Shown here: in pieces, positions 37,575-49,362 of the stretch | Layout of the letters: each line of letters begins with the position of its first letter | Position numbering within the stretch: position 1 is the stretch's first letter | NCBI GenBank assembly: GCA_965237415.1 | Contig: CBDEFM010000002.1 | Span: 288,001-352,000 of the forward strand | DNA length: 64,000 nucleotides | Direction: 5' to 3' | Source of the DNA: Alphaproteobacteria bacterium | Lineage (GTDB): Bacteria; Pseudomonadota; Alphaproteobacteria; UBA828 | Made by a program: the position numbers and the translations under genes | The notes under the pieces: model-generated | What the model saw: only the letters and a program-made list of their open reading frames with translations | Database searches by the model: none | What the model was told of the DNA's origin: nothing

Positions 37575-38002
37575 GCGACACACCCACGATCGAAGGCGGC
37601 TGCCGCTGCGGCGCCGTGCGCTACAGGGCCAAGGGCGGGTCGCTCTGGGTGACCCACTGCCACTGCGAGGAGTGCCGGCGCTCATCCGGCGCGCCGGTCT
37701 CGACGTTCGTCGGGGTCCGCACTGACGGGTTCACCTTCGTGGCCGGCACGCCTGGCGCCTACGAAAGCTCACCGCAGGTGATACGCAAATTCTGCGGCGC
37801 CTGCGGCACGCCGCTTACCTACGAAGCGGCGGTCTACCCTGGCGAGGTCCACATCATGGCCGGCACGCTCGACACGCCGGAGGGTCTAGTCCCGGAGCGG
37901 CACGTCTACGTCCGCGAGCGCCTGCCCTGGATGGCGATCGGGGACGACCTACCCCAGCACGATACCCTGCCGCATGGAGTCCCGCGCGTCCCGCGGTCTT
38001 GA
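37571..38002 (+). CDS. GFA (CENP-V/Mss4-like) family protein
   Basis: GGCRCGAVRY, CHCEECRR, FCGACGTPL. Confidence 0.88.
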   Translation: MSDTPTIEGGCRCGAVRYRAKGGSLWVTHCHCEECRRSSGAPVSTFVGVRTDGFTFVAGTPGAYESSPQVIRKFCGACGTPLTYEAAVYPGEVHIMAGTLDTPEGLVPERHVYVRERLPWMAIGDDLPQHDTLPHGVPRVPRS

Positions 38003-38013
38003 GTCCGGCCGCG

Positions 38014-38478
38014 TCAGGCGGCGGCGGCGGCGAAGCGGCCGAATTCGTAGAGCTTGCGCTTGGTCGGACCCTTGCTGCCCTCGGGCTCCTTTTCCGCTTC
38101 GAAGTTGAGCTCGATGACCACGCCGCTCGGGTCGAGGACGAAGAGCTGCCAGAGCTTGAAGTCGGGGATGTTCATCTGGCGCCACTCGCAGCGCTTCTTG
38201 ATGAACGTCTGCTTCATCTCGTCGAAGCCCTGCGCCCTGAGCGCAATATGGTCCACCGGCGAGGTGCGCTGGTTGTACCTGTAGTTCCCGTTGTGGGTCT
38301 TGGCGGCGTCGCCGCCATAGATGTGGAACATGGTTTCGCCCATCTGGAGCCAGGCGCCGGGGAACGGGAAATCCGGGCGTTCGACCTGGTCCATGCCGAG
38401 CACGTCCGTATAGAACGCCACCGTATCCTCAAGGTTCTTGGACTTGATGGCCACGTGATGCAGGTCGAGCAAGGGCAT
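38014..38478 (-). CDS. VOC/glyoxalase family protein
   Basis: LHHVAIKS..FYTDVLGM..RPDFPFPGAWL, DHIAL, QLFVLDPSGVVIELNF. RBS GGAGAG. Confidence 0.88.
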   Translation of the reverse strand: MPLLDLHHVAIKSKNLEDTVAFYTDVLGMDQVERPDFPFPGAWLQMGETMFHIYGGDAAKTHNGNYRYNQRTSPVDHIALRAQGFDEMKQTFIKKRCEWRQMNIPDFKLWQLFVLDPSGVVIELNFEAEKEPEGSKGPTKRKLYEFGRFAAAAA

Positions 38479-38583
38479 GGCATCTCTCCTTCGCGAGCGC
38501 AGAGCGTCAACGTATCTTAGCCGCTCCGCCCGTCGAGACAACGGGCTTCCGCTGGGCGAGGCACATTTGAAGGGGGAGTCACC

Positions 38584-39558
38584 ATGAGCACGCTGCACGA
38601 GGACCTGATCGTCATCGATGGGCTCATCGTTTCCAACTGGTCGGCGGAAGTTTTCGGCGACATGCGCAAGGGCGGCCTCACCGCCGCAAACTGCACCTGC
38701 TGCGTGTGGGAGGGGTTCGTCGACACCATGGACAACATCGCCCGCTGGAACGGCTGGTTCCGCGACCATGACGACCTGATCGTCAAGGCGCGCACCGCAG
38801 CCGACATCCGCCGGGCCAAGGAAGAAGGACGCACCGCGATCATCCTCGGCTTCCAGAACACGTCCGCCTTCGAGGACAAGCTGGGCGCGGTCCAGCACTT
38901 CAAGGACGTGGGCGTCGGCATCGCGCAGCTCACCTACAACACCCAGAACTTCGCAGGCTCCGGCTGCTACGAGAGCAGCGATTCCGGCCTCAGCGACTGG
39001 GGCCGCGAGCTGGTGGCCGAGATGAACCGGGTTGGGATGCTCATCGACCTCAGCCACGTGGGCTCCCGAACCTCCGAGGAGACGATCCGCGAATCCGCCA
39101 AGCCGGTCGCCTACACGCACTGCCTGCCGTCCGCCCTCAAGCCGCACCCCCGCAACAAGAGCGACGGGGAGCTCCGCTTCATCGCCGATCAAGGCGGCAT
39201 GATCGGCGTCACCATGTTCCCTGCGTTCCTCAAGCGGGGCGAGGACTCGACGGTGGACGACTACGTGGAGGCCATGGAGCATGTGATCTCTGTCGCCGGT
39301 GAGGACCACGTCGCCTTCGGCACCGATTTCACCCAGGGCCACGGCCAGGCGTTCTTCGACTGGATCACCAACGACAAGGGCAACGCCCGCTCGCTCATCA
39401 AGTTCAGCCCGATGTCGAACCCGAAGGGCGTGGAAACCATCGGGCAGCTCCCCAACCTCACCGCCGCCATGGAGCGCGCCGGCTGGTCGGAGGGCCGCAT
39501 CCGCAAGGTGATGGGCGAGAATTGGCTGCGCTTCCTCGCAGAGGTCTGGGGGGAGTAA
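38584..39558 (+). CDS. Membrane dipeptidase (peptidase M19) family protein
   Basis: VIDGL, QLTYNTQN, MNRVGMLIDLSHVG, HPRNKSD, GTDF, GENWLR. Confidence 0.9.
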   Translation: MSTLHEDLIVIDGLIVSNWSAEVFGDMRKGGLTAANCTCCVWEGFVDTMDNIARWNGWFRDHDDLIVKARTAADIRRAKEEGRTAIILGFQNTSAFEDKLGAVQHFKDVGVGIAQLTYNTQNFAGSGCYESSDSGLSDWGRELVAEMNRVGMLIDLSHVGSRTSEETIRESAKPVAYTHCLPSALKPHPRNKSDGELRFIADQGGMIGVTMFPAFLKRGEDSTVDDYVEAMEHVISVAGEDHVAFGTDFTQGHGQAFFDWITNDKGNARSLIKFSPMSNPKGVETIGQLPNLTAAMERAGWSEGRIRKVMGENWLRFLAEVWGE

Positions 39559-39573
39559 CGGGGGAATAGGGAG

Positions 39574-40206
39574 CTATGGCCGCAGCGTCAGCGTGCCGCC
39601 CCGGACCTCGTAGCCGCTCAGGCGCTCGAGCGCGCTGATGCCGAGCAGCGAGTGCGGCAACCGTTCTCCATTGACGACGGCCCGCACGTTAGTCAAGCGA
39701 ATGTCGCCGAGCTCGAGTGTGCGGATGACGACCGGCGCGGCGCGCACGATGCCGCCGGCGGTGTGCAGGCGCTGTGAGTAGTTGAGGCGCGTGCGGTCGA
39801 AGCCGATTCGCTCGGCGTCATCCGGGCTCAGCGCCACAACGCTCGCACCGGTATCGACCAGGAATCTGACGCCCTGTCCGTTGACGCGGGAGTCGATATA
39901 GAAGTGGCCGTCGCGGTGGGCGCGCACGCGCACGGCGCCGTCCTCGGTCGTCACCGCCGCGTAGGGGACAATCTCGCCGCCCAGCCGGTCGACGAGGTCG
40001 GTGAGCTCGAAGCGGTAGCTGTAGCCGATCGCCAGCACTGCGGCGAGCGCCAACCACACGGCGGCATGGCGCAACCTGCGAACCCACGCATGGGGCGCCG
40101 ATCTTCGTGGCGGTCGCGGCGGTGGCGGGGATGGCGGCAGCGACCCAAGCCGGTGCCATCCAGCCTCGCGGCGCAGGCGGCTCCAGGGTCCACGCTCGGA
40201 AGTCAT
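39574..40206 (-). CDS. Clan AA aspartic protease (TIGR02281 type)
   Basis: TM helix, DGHFY, FLVDTGAS, SLLGISAL. Confidence 0.88.
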   Translation of the reverse strand: MTSERGPWSRLRREAGWHRLGSLPPSPPPPRPPRRSAPHAWVRRLRHAAVWLALAAVLAIGYSYRFELTDLVDRLGGEIVPYAAVTTEDGAVRVRAHRDGHFYIDSRVNGQGVRFLVDTGASVVALSPDDAERIGFDRTRLNYSQRLHTAGGIVRAAPVVIRTLELGDIRLTNVRAVVNGERLPHSLLGISALERLSGYEVRGGTLTLRP

Positions 40207-40589
40207 GGCCGGTCCACCGGGTCCGCTCGCGATCGGCGCCGTCGCGCGCTGGGCCTTCGCATCGCCTCCCTGTCCTGCCTCACCGGGACTCGCAACGCCA
40301 TGTGGGCGGGGCACCCGGGAGGCATAAGCCCGACTGGATCGACGTCTCCCATATGGATCGATCTGGTGTCGCATCCCTAAGATTACCAGCGGCATCGGTC
40401 GATCCGCGGTCAGTCGCGTTGCCGCCGGCGACCGGCCGGCTGGCTTCGTTCGATTGTCGGCTATCCATTTGCGTTTCTTATAGCAATGGTAGGGATATTA
40501 TATTTGTTGTAATGGCTATGCCGATTACGTGAGTCCTCAGCAGATGCCCTTCGGACGCTTCCCGGAGGGAAAAGCGAGGACACCGGATC

Positions 40590-40844
40590 ATGGCCGTTCA
40601 CACCGCGAGTACACAGTCCACCGATCGCACCGTCGCGGCCGAGCCCGCTCCCGCAGAGCCGGCACCCGTGCAACGCGCTCGCACCGATCTGGCGGTCCGC
40701 GCAGCGGCTGGGGGCACGCGAGGGTCCACGCCGAGGAAGCTTGAAGGCGTCCGGGCGGCCGCCTCCGTCTTGGGATGGATGCTGTGGATTCTCCTTGCTC
40801 TCATGACGGCGGCGCTTCTGGCCTTCGCACCTTCGATGCTGTAG
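40590..40844 (+). CDS. Small hypothetical protein with a C-terminal TM helix
   Basis: RBS GAGGA, AT-rich upstream region, hydrophobic C-terminus. No family recognised. Confidence 0.4.
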   Translation: MAVHTASTQSTDRTVAAEPAPAEPAPVQRARTDLAVRAAAGGTRGSTPRKLEGVRAAASVLGWMLWILLALMTAALLAFAPSML

Positions 40845-40876
40845 TTCGCCCACCCCCGATATTGAGTGTTTCCGTC

Positions 40877-41890
40877 TCACGCGGAATCGCTCGAGTCGGG
40901 GGCGCCCGTTCCGGTCTCTTTCGCGGTCTTCGCCAGCAGGTGCGCGCCGGAGGTCGTGGGCGCGTAGCGCGGCGGATCGTCCGGGCGCCGGCAGGTCGGG
41001 AGGCACTCGATCAGGGCGTCGTGGTTCGGCTGGTGGAAGAAGGCGATCGACGCGCGCCGGCTGCCCGCCCTCCGAGCCGGCGGCGGATTGACCACGCGGT
41101 GAAGCGTCGAGACCCAGCGGTCGTTGGTCCACTGCGCCATGAGGTCGCCGAGGTTGACGATGAAGGTGCCGGGCACAGGCTCGACATCGCACCAAGCCCC
41201 GTCGCTGCCGCGCACCTGCAGGCCGCCGGCGCCTGCCGTCGCCAGAAGGATCGTGAGGCTGCCGTAGTCGCTGTGCGCGCCCGCCCGCAATTGCCCCGGC
41301 AGGGGAGGGCGAGCCGCCTCGGCATAGTGGTTGAGGCGCATGGCGGTGATGTGGCGGTCGATCTTGTCGGCGAAGAATTTTTCAGGCATTCCGAGCGCCA
41401 GCGCGAAGATGCGCATGAGCCTCTCGGCGAGGCCCTCCATCGCACGGTAGTAAACACAGAGCCGCTCCTGAAAGCCGCGCGGCCGGCTCGGCCAGATGTT
41501 GGGCTCGAACCAGGTCTCGCGGTGCGCCGCGTAGTAGGGCTCCTCCGGCAGGTCGAAGCGCCCGAAGGTGAAGGCCTCGATCAGATCCGGCGGCGACTCC
41601 CCGCCCAGCGTGTAGGCCAGCGCGTTCCCGCCGACCGGCATGTAGCCGCGTCGGAAATCGCCCTTCGGCGACATCCACTGGCGCTTCTCGGCGTCGCCCT
41701 GGTCGAAGAACGCCCAGGTTGCCGCCAGGGCATCGTCGATCACCGGGCGCGGAACGCCGTGACCGGCAACGATCAGGAAGCCGATGCGCCGGCAGGCTTC
41801 ATCGACGAGCTGCGCCACCGCAGATTTCCGGGCTTCGTCGCCGCTCAGGAACGGCGCGATGTCGACGACGGGGACGGCGCTTTCGCTCAT
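40877..41890 (-). CDS. Isopenicillin-N-synthase-like 2OG-Fe(II) dioxygenase
   Basis: VPVVDI, GFLIVAGHGV, HSDYGSLT, GGLQV, VNLGDL, STLHRV, RASIAFF. Confidence 0.92.
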   Translation of the reverse strand: MSESAVPVVDIAPFLSGDEARKSAVAQLVDEACRRIGFLIVAGHGVPRPVIDDALAATWAFFDQGDAEKRQWMSPKGDFRRGYMPVGGNALAYTLGGESPPDLIEAFTFGRFDLPEEPYYAAHRETWFEPNIWPSRPRGFQERLCVYYRAMEGLAERLMRIFALALGMPEKFFADKIDRHITAMRLNHYAEAARPPLPGQLRAGAHSDYGSLTILLATAGAGGLQVRGSDGAWCDVEPVPGTFIVNLGDLMAQWTNDRWVSTLHRVVNPPPARRAGSRRASIAFFHQPNHDALIECLPTCRRPDDPPRYAPTTSGAHLLAKTAKETGTGAPDSSDSA

Positions 41891-42032
41891 GGCGCGCTCA
41901 TGGTGTCACGGCGGCTGGCACGGGGCCACATCCGCCAGCGCCCGCACGCTTGCCGGCTGCGCCGCGATCAGGCAAACAGCCGCAGCGGAGGGGTAACGTC
42001 ATCGCCCCAGGGGGAGGGAGAATACAGGGGCC

Positions 42033-42743
42033 GTGAAGCGCATCGTCCTGGTGACCCATTCAGAGCGCGCCAATCCCGGCAAGGTGCGCGAGGCGTTGCA
42101 CGCGCGCGGCTGCACGACCGAGGTGTGCTACACGGCCGCCGGCGCGACCCTGCCACCCATGAACGGCGGGCGCCTTCAGGGATACGATGCAGCCGTGGTG
42201 TTCGGCGGCGCGATGAGCGCGCGCGATGTCGACGACCTTCCGTTCCTGCGTGCGGAGACCGCCTGGATCGGCGAGCAGCTCGCGGCCGACGCGCCTATTC
42301 TCGGCATCTGCCTCGGCGCCCAGATCATGGCGCGAGTCCTCGGCGCGCGCGTCTTTCTCCATCCCGACGATCTGTGCGAGGTCGGCTATCAGGCGCTCCA
42401 TCCGGCCCGTCCGGATTGTCCGCTGTTCCCGTCTCCCCTTCACGTCTTTCACTGGCATCGCGAAGGCTTCGACCTGCCGCCGGGGGCGGAGCTGCTGGCG
42501 CGGGGTGTGATCTTCGAGAATCAGGCGTTCAGCCATGGCGCGCGCGCGTTCGGCGTACAGTTCCACCCGGAGATGATGCCGGCAACGCTCGAACGCTGGC
42601 TCAACAACGAGAAGGCCCAAAAATATTTCACGCGGCCGGAGGTTCCGTCCCCCGACCGTCAGCGCGCCGATGCCCCACGCTACGACCCGTTGGTGCACCG
42701 CTGGCTCGACTGCTTCCTCGATCGCTGGCTGGAGCGCTTCTAG
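42033..42743 (+). CDS. Stand-alone class I glutamine amidotransferase-like protein
   Basis: GGAMS, LGICLGAQ, QFHPE (Cys-His-Glu triad). Confidence 0.88.
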   Translation: MKRIVLVTHSERANPGKVREALHARGCTTEVCYTAAGATLPPMNGGRLQGYDAAVVFGGAMSARDVDDLPFLRAETAWIGEQLAADAPILGICLGAQIMARVLGARVFLHPDDLCEVGYQALHPARPDCPLFPSPLHVFHWHREGFDLPPGAELLARGVIFENQAFSHGARAFGVQFHPEMMPATLERWLNNEKAQKYFTRPEVPSPDRQRADAPRYDPLVHRWLDCFLDRWLERF

Positions 42744-43010
42744 CCCGCATTTCTCACCATGTTCGCGGTCCGATTCCGCGTCCCACCTCGGGCGACATTT
42801 AATTTTCATGCGGGATTCGCCGGGATTAAGTGGGATTAAGTGGGATAAGTGGGATTCCGCGGGACAGGCGGCGGCCATCTTCGACAATGTCGGCTGTGAC
42901 GGCGCGGGCTGCATGCGTCAGCGGCCCGGATGGAGAGCGCCGACTCTTCTTGCCTCCGCCAGCCGCGCCTTGTTCGCTTTAGCGTTGTGTCGCGCGGATA
43001 CGCGCGCGGC
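42744..43010 (-). repeat. Dispersed non-coding element, copy 2, with ATCCC array and an IS-like terminus
   Basis: GGGATTCGCCGGGATTAAGTGGGATTAAGTGGGATAAGTGGGATTCCGCGGGA at 42812-42864. Begins CTAG|CCCGCATTTCTCACCATGT. Confidence 0.75.
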
Positions 43011-43131
43011 AACAAGATTGGCCACGCGCGTGGGAGCATGATCGGCGCATAGCCGCGATACTGGCGCAGGCCTCGCGCGTTATGCACCCCACCATGGTCC
43101 GGGGCGTCGCTTCGCCTGACTTAACGGAAAT

Positions 43132-43166
43132 GGGGCGGCAAGGGACCGCTGGGCCCCCGCCGCCCC
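43132..43166 (-). terminator. Hairpin downstream of the molybdopterin-subunit gene
   Basis: GGGGCGGC...GCCGCCCC stem followed on the minus strand by ATTTCCGTT. Confidence 0.5.
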
Positions 43167-43179
43167 GTCGTCCGCAGTG

Positions 43180-45474
<2,295 letters not shown>

Positions 45475-45476
45475 GA

Positions 45477-45929
45477 TCAGACCTCCTGCGCGGCTGTGCG
45501 GACCGCCGCGAAGATCCGCTGGTAGGTGCCGCAGCGACAGATGTTGCCGGCCATGCCGTCGACGATCTCTTCGTCGCTGGGGTCGGGGTTCTCGTTGAGC
45601 AGCGCCGCCGCCGACATGATCTGCCCGGACTGGCAGTAGCCGCACTGCGGCACGTTGTGCGCACGCCACGCCCGCTGCACGGGGTGGTTGCCGTCTGCGT
45701 CGAGACCCTCAATGGTGGTCACGTCCTTCCCGTCTGCCTCCGATGCCGGGGTGACGCAGGCGCGGACGGCGCTGCCGTCGACGTGCATCGTGCACGCACC
45801 GCAGAGCGCCGCGCCGCAGCCGAACTTGCTCCCTGTCAGCCCGAGCTCGTCCCGGACATACCAGAGAAGTGGCATGTCGGGATCGCCGTGAAACTGGCGG
45901 CTGATCCCGTTGATCTTCATCGAAATCAT
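45477..45929 (-). CDS. (2Fe-2S)-binding small subunit (IorA-like)
   Basis: [29 protein letters not shown]. Confidence 0.93.
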   Translation of the reverse strand: MISMKINGISRQFHGDPDMPLLWYVRDELGLTGSKFGCGAALCGACTMHVDGSAVRACVTPASEADGKDVTTIEGLDADGNHPVQRAWRAHNVPQCGYCQSGQIMSAAALLNENPDPSDEEIVDGMAGNICRCGTYQRIFAAVRTAAQEV

Positions 45930-46050
45930 GGACCGTCTCCCATGGTCGCTGGTCCGACCCCGCCGGGTCGTCCGGTTTGAATGTTAGTCGATGCCCGATA
46001 CCGCTTCCAGCGAGATCGGACCGGCCCGCCTGGCACTCAGCCGAATTGGA

Positions 46051-46911
46051 TCAGAGCCCGTAGCGGGACCACCAGAGGCGGGCCTCGATCGCGCCGAGGA
46101 GGTCGCCGGCAAACGAGACGGCATCCTCCTCACCGCCGCCTGCGAGGAGGATGCCGGGGCCCAGTCGGCGCGCGAGCCAGCCTCGGCGGCGGCCGATCCG
46201 GCGCATGGCCACCTTGCGCCCGTAGCGTTCGCGCAGCACGGTTCGGATATCGCCGGTGCCGTCCGCGAGCCCCAGCCCGATTGCCTTGCGGCCCAGCCAG
46301 AACTCGCCGCTGAAGAGATCGGGATCGCTCTCGCCCAGCCGGGCGCCCCGCCGCTCGCGGATCAGATCCTTGAAGTTGTCGTGGATGCCCTCCTGAACCC
46401 GGTGCAGGCGATCGAGGTCATCGGGGTTCACGGCGAGGAACGGATCCAGCAGCGATTTCTTCTCGCCGGCGGTATAGAGCCGCCGCTCGACGCCGAGCTT
46501 CGCAAGAGCCTCCTGAAAGCCGAAGCCGGAATAGATCACGCCGATACTGCCCACGATGGAATTGTCGTCCACGAAGATCTCGTCCGCCGCCGCCGCGAGC
46601 CAATACCCGCCGGACGCGGCGACATCCTCGATGAACGCCATCACCGGCACGTCGCGCTCGGCGGCGAGCGCGCGAATGCGGTTGTGAATCAGCGCCGACT
46701 GTGTTGCGGAGCCCCCCGGCGAGTTGATCTCGAGCGCCACGGCCTTCAGCCCCGGCTGGCGGAAGGCCCGTAGCAGTAAGGGGCCGACGGTCTCCAGGTT
46801 GATGCGCGGGCCGAACGTGCCGGACCGCCCGATTAAGCCGGCAAGGCGTACGACCGCGACTACCGGCGGCGGTCGCCGAAAGGTCACACGCATCAGCACG
46901 CGGCTCAGCAC
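46051..46911 (-). CDS. S49 family peptidase (SppA/SohB-like)
   Basis: INSPGGS, DVAASGGYW, SIVGSIGV, FSGEFW. Confidence 0.9.
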   Translation of the reverse strand: MLSRVLMRVTFRRPPPVVAVVRLAGLIGRSGTFGPRINLETVGPLLLRAFRQPGLKAVALEINSPGGSATQSALIHNRIRALAAERDVPVMAFIEDVAASGGYWLAAAADEIFVDDNSIVGSIGVIYSGFGFQEALAKLGVERRLYTAGEKKSLLDPFLAVNPDDLDRLHRVQEGIHDNFKDLIRERRGARLGESDPDLFSGEFWLGRKAIGLGLADGTGDIRTVLRERYGRKVAMRRIGRRRGWLARRLGPGILLAGGGEEDAVSFAGDLLGAIEARLWWSRYGL

Positions 46912-47699
46912 TCCGGATCCTCCATGAGTGCAAGCGCGCCGCCGCCGCGCAAGACGCGGTCCGCCGTGTGGGCGTAGGTGCCGTCGGCGTCGTGCAGGAT
47001 CATGCCGCTCGCCAGCTGCAGGGGTCCGCCATGCTCGGCGGTCGCCTGCACGATGATGCGATTCGCGGTCTTCTTGGCGCGCGTCCCGCTGAACGGATTA
47101 TGAGACCAAAGCGGATAGACGACGATGGCGCCGGCGCGGGCTTGAGACAGGCTGCCGAGAATCTGGGCCAGACGCTCCGGCCGATGGATGACGGTGATCG
47201 AACCGCCCGGGCGGACCATCCTGGCGCAGAATTCGAGCCATACTTCCAGTCCGGCCGCGCCCTCCATCGTTGCCTGCGCACGGGTGCGGGAGGCCGGCGA
47301 TTGGTGCGAGCCATCCTCGAAGAAGGGCGGGTTCGCGAAGACATGATCGAAGCTCTTCGGCGACAGTTTCGGCGGCGGCCGCTTGAAATCGCTCACCAGG
47401 ATGTCGAGGCGCTTCTCGAGTCCGTTGAGCTCGGCGTTCTCCTTGGCGAGCTGCGCGAAGGAGCGGTCCACCTCGATCCCGGTGACGTGCAGGCCGGTCA
47501 CACGGCTGGCCAGGCAGAGCGCCCCTGCGCCAACGCCGCAGCCGACATCGAGGGCACGCTCGCCGTCCGACGCCGGCACCGCAGCGGCCAGCAGGACCGG
47601 ATCGATGGCGACCCGATAGCCCGCCGCCGGCTGCTGCAGCGCGACCCTGCCGCCGAGCAACGTGTCGCTCGTCACCCGCGCGGATTCGATCTCAGTCAT
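46905..47699 (-). CDS. tRNA1(Val) A37 N6-methyltransferase-like (TrmN6/YfiC)
   Basis: QPAAGYRVAIDPVLLAA, LDVGCGVG, FDHVFANPPF. Confidence 0.85.
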   Translation of the reverse strand: MTEIESARVTSDTLLGGRVALQQPAAGYRVAIDPVLLAAAVPASDGERALDVGCGVGAGALCLASRVTGLHVTGIEVDRSFAQLAKENAELNGLEKRLDILVSDFKRPPPKLSPKSFDHVFANPPFFEDGSHQSPASRTRAQATMEGAAGLEVWLEFCARMVRPGGSITVIHRPERLAQILGSLSQARAGAIVVYPLWSHNPFSGTRAKKTANRIIVQATAEHGGPLQLASGMILHDADGTYAHTADRVLRGGGALALMEDPEC

Positions 47700-47904
47700 C
47701 GAGCTCGCCCACCTCGCGCAAAATACGCCGCGCCGCGTCTGCGTCCTCGTCGCTGACCATGAGGCGGCGCGGAATCGCCCCGGCGCTCCCCTCCAGCACA
47801 CTCATGTGCTGATCGAGCACGATGGGCTCGATGCCGCCGTCCCTCAACACCGCGCCGAGGAACGAAAGCTTGACCAGATCGTTCGTGCGCAGGAGCTCGA
47901 CCAT
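47692..47904 (-). CDS. DUF2007 domain protein
   Basis: MVELLRTNDLV, LDQHMSVLEGSAGAIPRRLMV. Usual neighbour of ispB in Alphaproteobacteria. Confidence 0.8.
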   Translation of the reverse strand: MVELLRTNDLVKLSFLGAVLRDGGIEPIVLDQHMSVLEGSAGAIPRRLMVSDEDADAARRILREVGELDD

Positions 47905-47965
47905 CGTTTCCCGATCCCCATGGTCGGTCGACTCGTTCCGTGTCGAGCCGCACGCCAAATGTTAG

Positions 47966-48228
47966 CCCGGTATTCTCACCAATGTCATAGTCTGCGCGAC
48001 GCTGTCCGGCCGACAGAGTAGGAACGGCGCGCAGCGCGATGCGGGGCATCGGGCAAGTGCCGTGACGCACGCTGTCGGCCGGAGGGCGTCGCCCTTCGGG
48101 TCGCGCCCAGGCGCCCGCCCGCGGCGTCGCGAGCCTCAACCGTAGCTCCAGCTACGCTTTTCGGCTCGCTCCTGGCGGATCGAACGCCTGGGCGCGACGC
48201 AGGCTGTGACATTGGTGAGAACTCCGGG
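47966..48228. mobile_element. 263-bp MITE-like element with 31-bp terminal inverted repeats
   Basis: Left end CCCGGTATTCTCACCAATGTCATAGTCTGCG versus reverse complement of the right end CCCGGAGTTCTCACCAATGTCACAGCCTGCG (27/31). Flanked by TTAG and CTAG. Contains internal stems. Confidence 0.8.
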
Positions 48229-48296
48229 CTAGTGTAGAGGCGGCGTCGCTGCGCATGGATGCCCTTGCGCGCGCGCGCCGTCAAGCGAGAGGGTCG

Positions 48297-49334
48297 ATGG
48301 CAGAAACGGTCGTTCCGTTCGAAGGGCGGGCCGCCGCACGGCGCAAGGCGGCGGGCGGCGCCTCGCTGGATCGGCTTCACGGTCTGGTCGCGGAGGATTT
48401 GCGCGCCGTCAACGGCGTCATTCTCGACAACATGCAAAGCTCGGTGATGCTCATTTCCGAGCTCGCCGCACACATTGTCGCGGCCGGCGGCAAGCGCCTC
48501 AGGCCGATGCTGACACTCGGTTCCGCCCGGCTCTGCGGCTACACCGGCAAGCGCCACATCGACCTCGCCGCCTGTGTCGAGTTCATCCATACCGCGACGC
48601 TGCTCCACGACGATGTCGTCGACGACAGTGCGCTCAGGCGAGGCACGGCGACGGCGAACGCGGTCTGGGGCAACAAGCCGAGTGTGCTCGTCGGCGACTT
48701 TCTATTCAGCCGCGCGTTTCAACTTTCCGTGGCGGACGGCTCGCTCCGCGTTCTCGGCATCCTCGCCGATACCGCCGCGACCCTCGCCGAGGGCGAGGTC
48801 ATGCAGCTCACCACCTCCAACGACACCGAGACGAGCGAGGCCGCCTATCTCAACGTGATTACCGCGAAGACTGCGGCGCTCTTCGCCGCCGCTTGCCAGC
48901 TCGGCGCGGTGGTGGCCGAGCGCCCCGCCGCCGAGGAGGAAGCGCTGAAGAGCCTCGGCCTCAACCTCGGCATCGCCTATCAGCTGGTGGATGATGCCCT
49001 GGATTACGACGCCCGCGAGTCGGTCCTGGGCAAGTCGGTCGGCGACGACTTCCGCGACGGCAAGATCACCCTGCCCGTGGTTCTGGCGTTTCGCCGGGGC
49101 GACGAAGAGGAGCGCGCCTTCTGGCGCCGGACCATGGAGGAGGAGCAGCAGGAGGACGGCGACTTCGCGCGAGCGATGACCCTCCTCACACGCCACTGTG
49201 CGATCGACGACACGGTCGAGCGGGCCCGCCACTACAGCGCGATGGCGCGGGATGCGCTCGGCCTCTTCCCGGCGTCCGAGGCGAAAGACGCGTTTCTCGG
49301 CGTGGTCGACTTCTGCACCCACCGGGTGCACTGA
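48297..49334 (+). CDS. ispB: Octa/decaprenyl diphosphate synthase
   Basis: GGKRLRP, EFIHTATLLHDDVVD, RRG, KTA, QLVDDALD, GKSVGDD. Confidence 0.92.
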   Translation: MAETVVPFEGRAAARRKAAGGASLDRLHGLVAEDLRAVNGVILDNMQSSVMLISELAAHIVAAGGKRLRPMLTLGSARLCGYTGKRHIDLAACVEFIHTATLLHDDVVDDSALRRGTATANAVWGNKPSVLVGDFLFSRAFQLSVADGSLRVLGILADTAATLAEGEVMQLTTSNDTETSEAAYLNVITAKTAALFAAACQLGAVVAERPAAEEEALKSLGLNLGIAYQLVDDALDYDARESVLGKSVGDDFRDGKITLPVVLAFRRGDEEERAFWRRTMEEEQQEDGDFARAMTLLTRHCAIDDTVERARHYSAMARDALGLFPASEAKDAFLGVVDFCTHRVH

Positions 49335-49362
49335 CGACCGGTCCCGCCGGGGTGCGCCGGGG

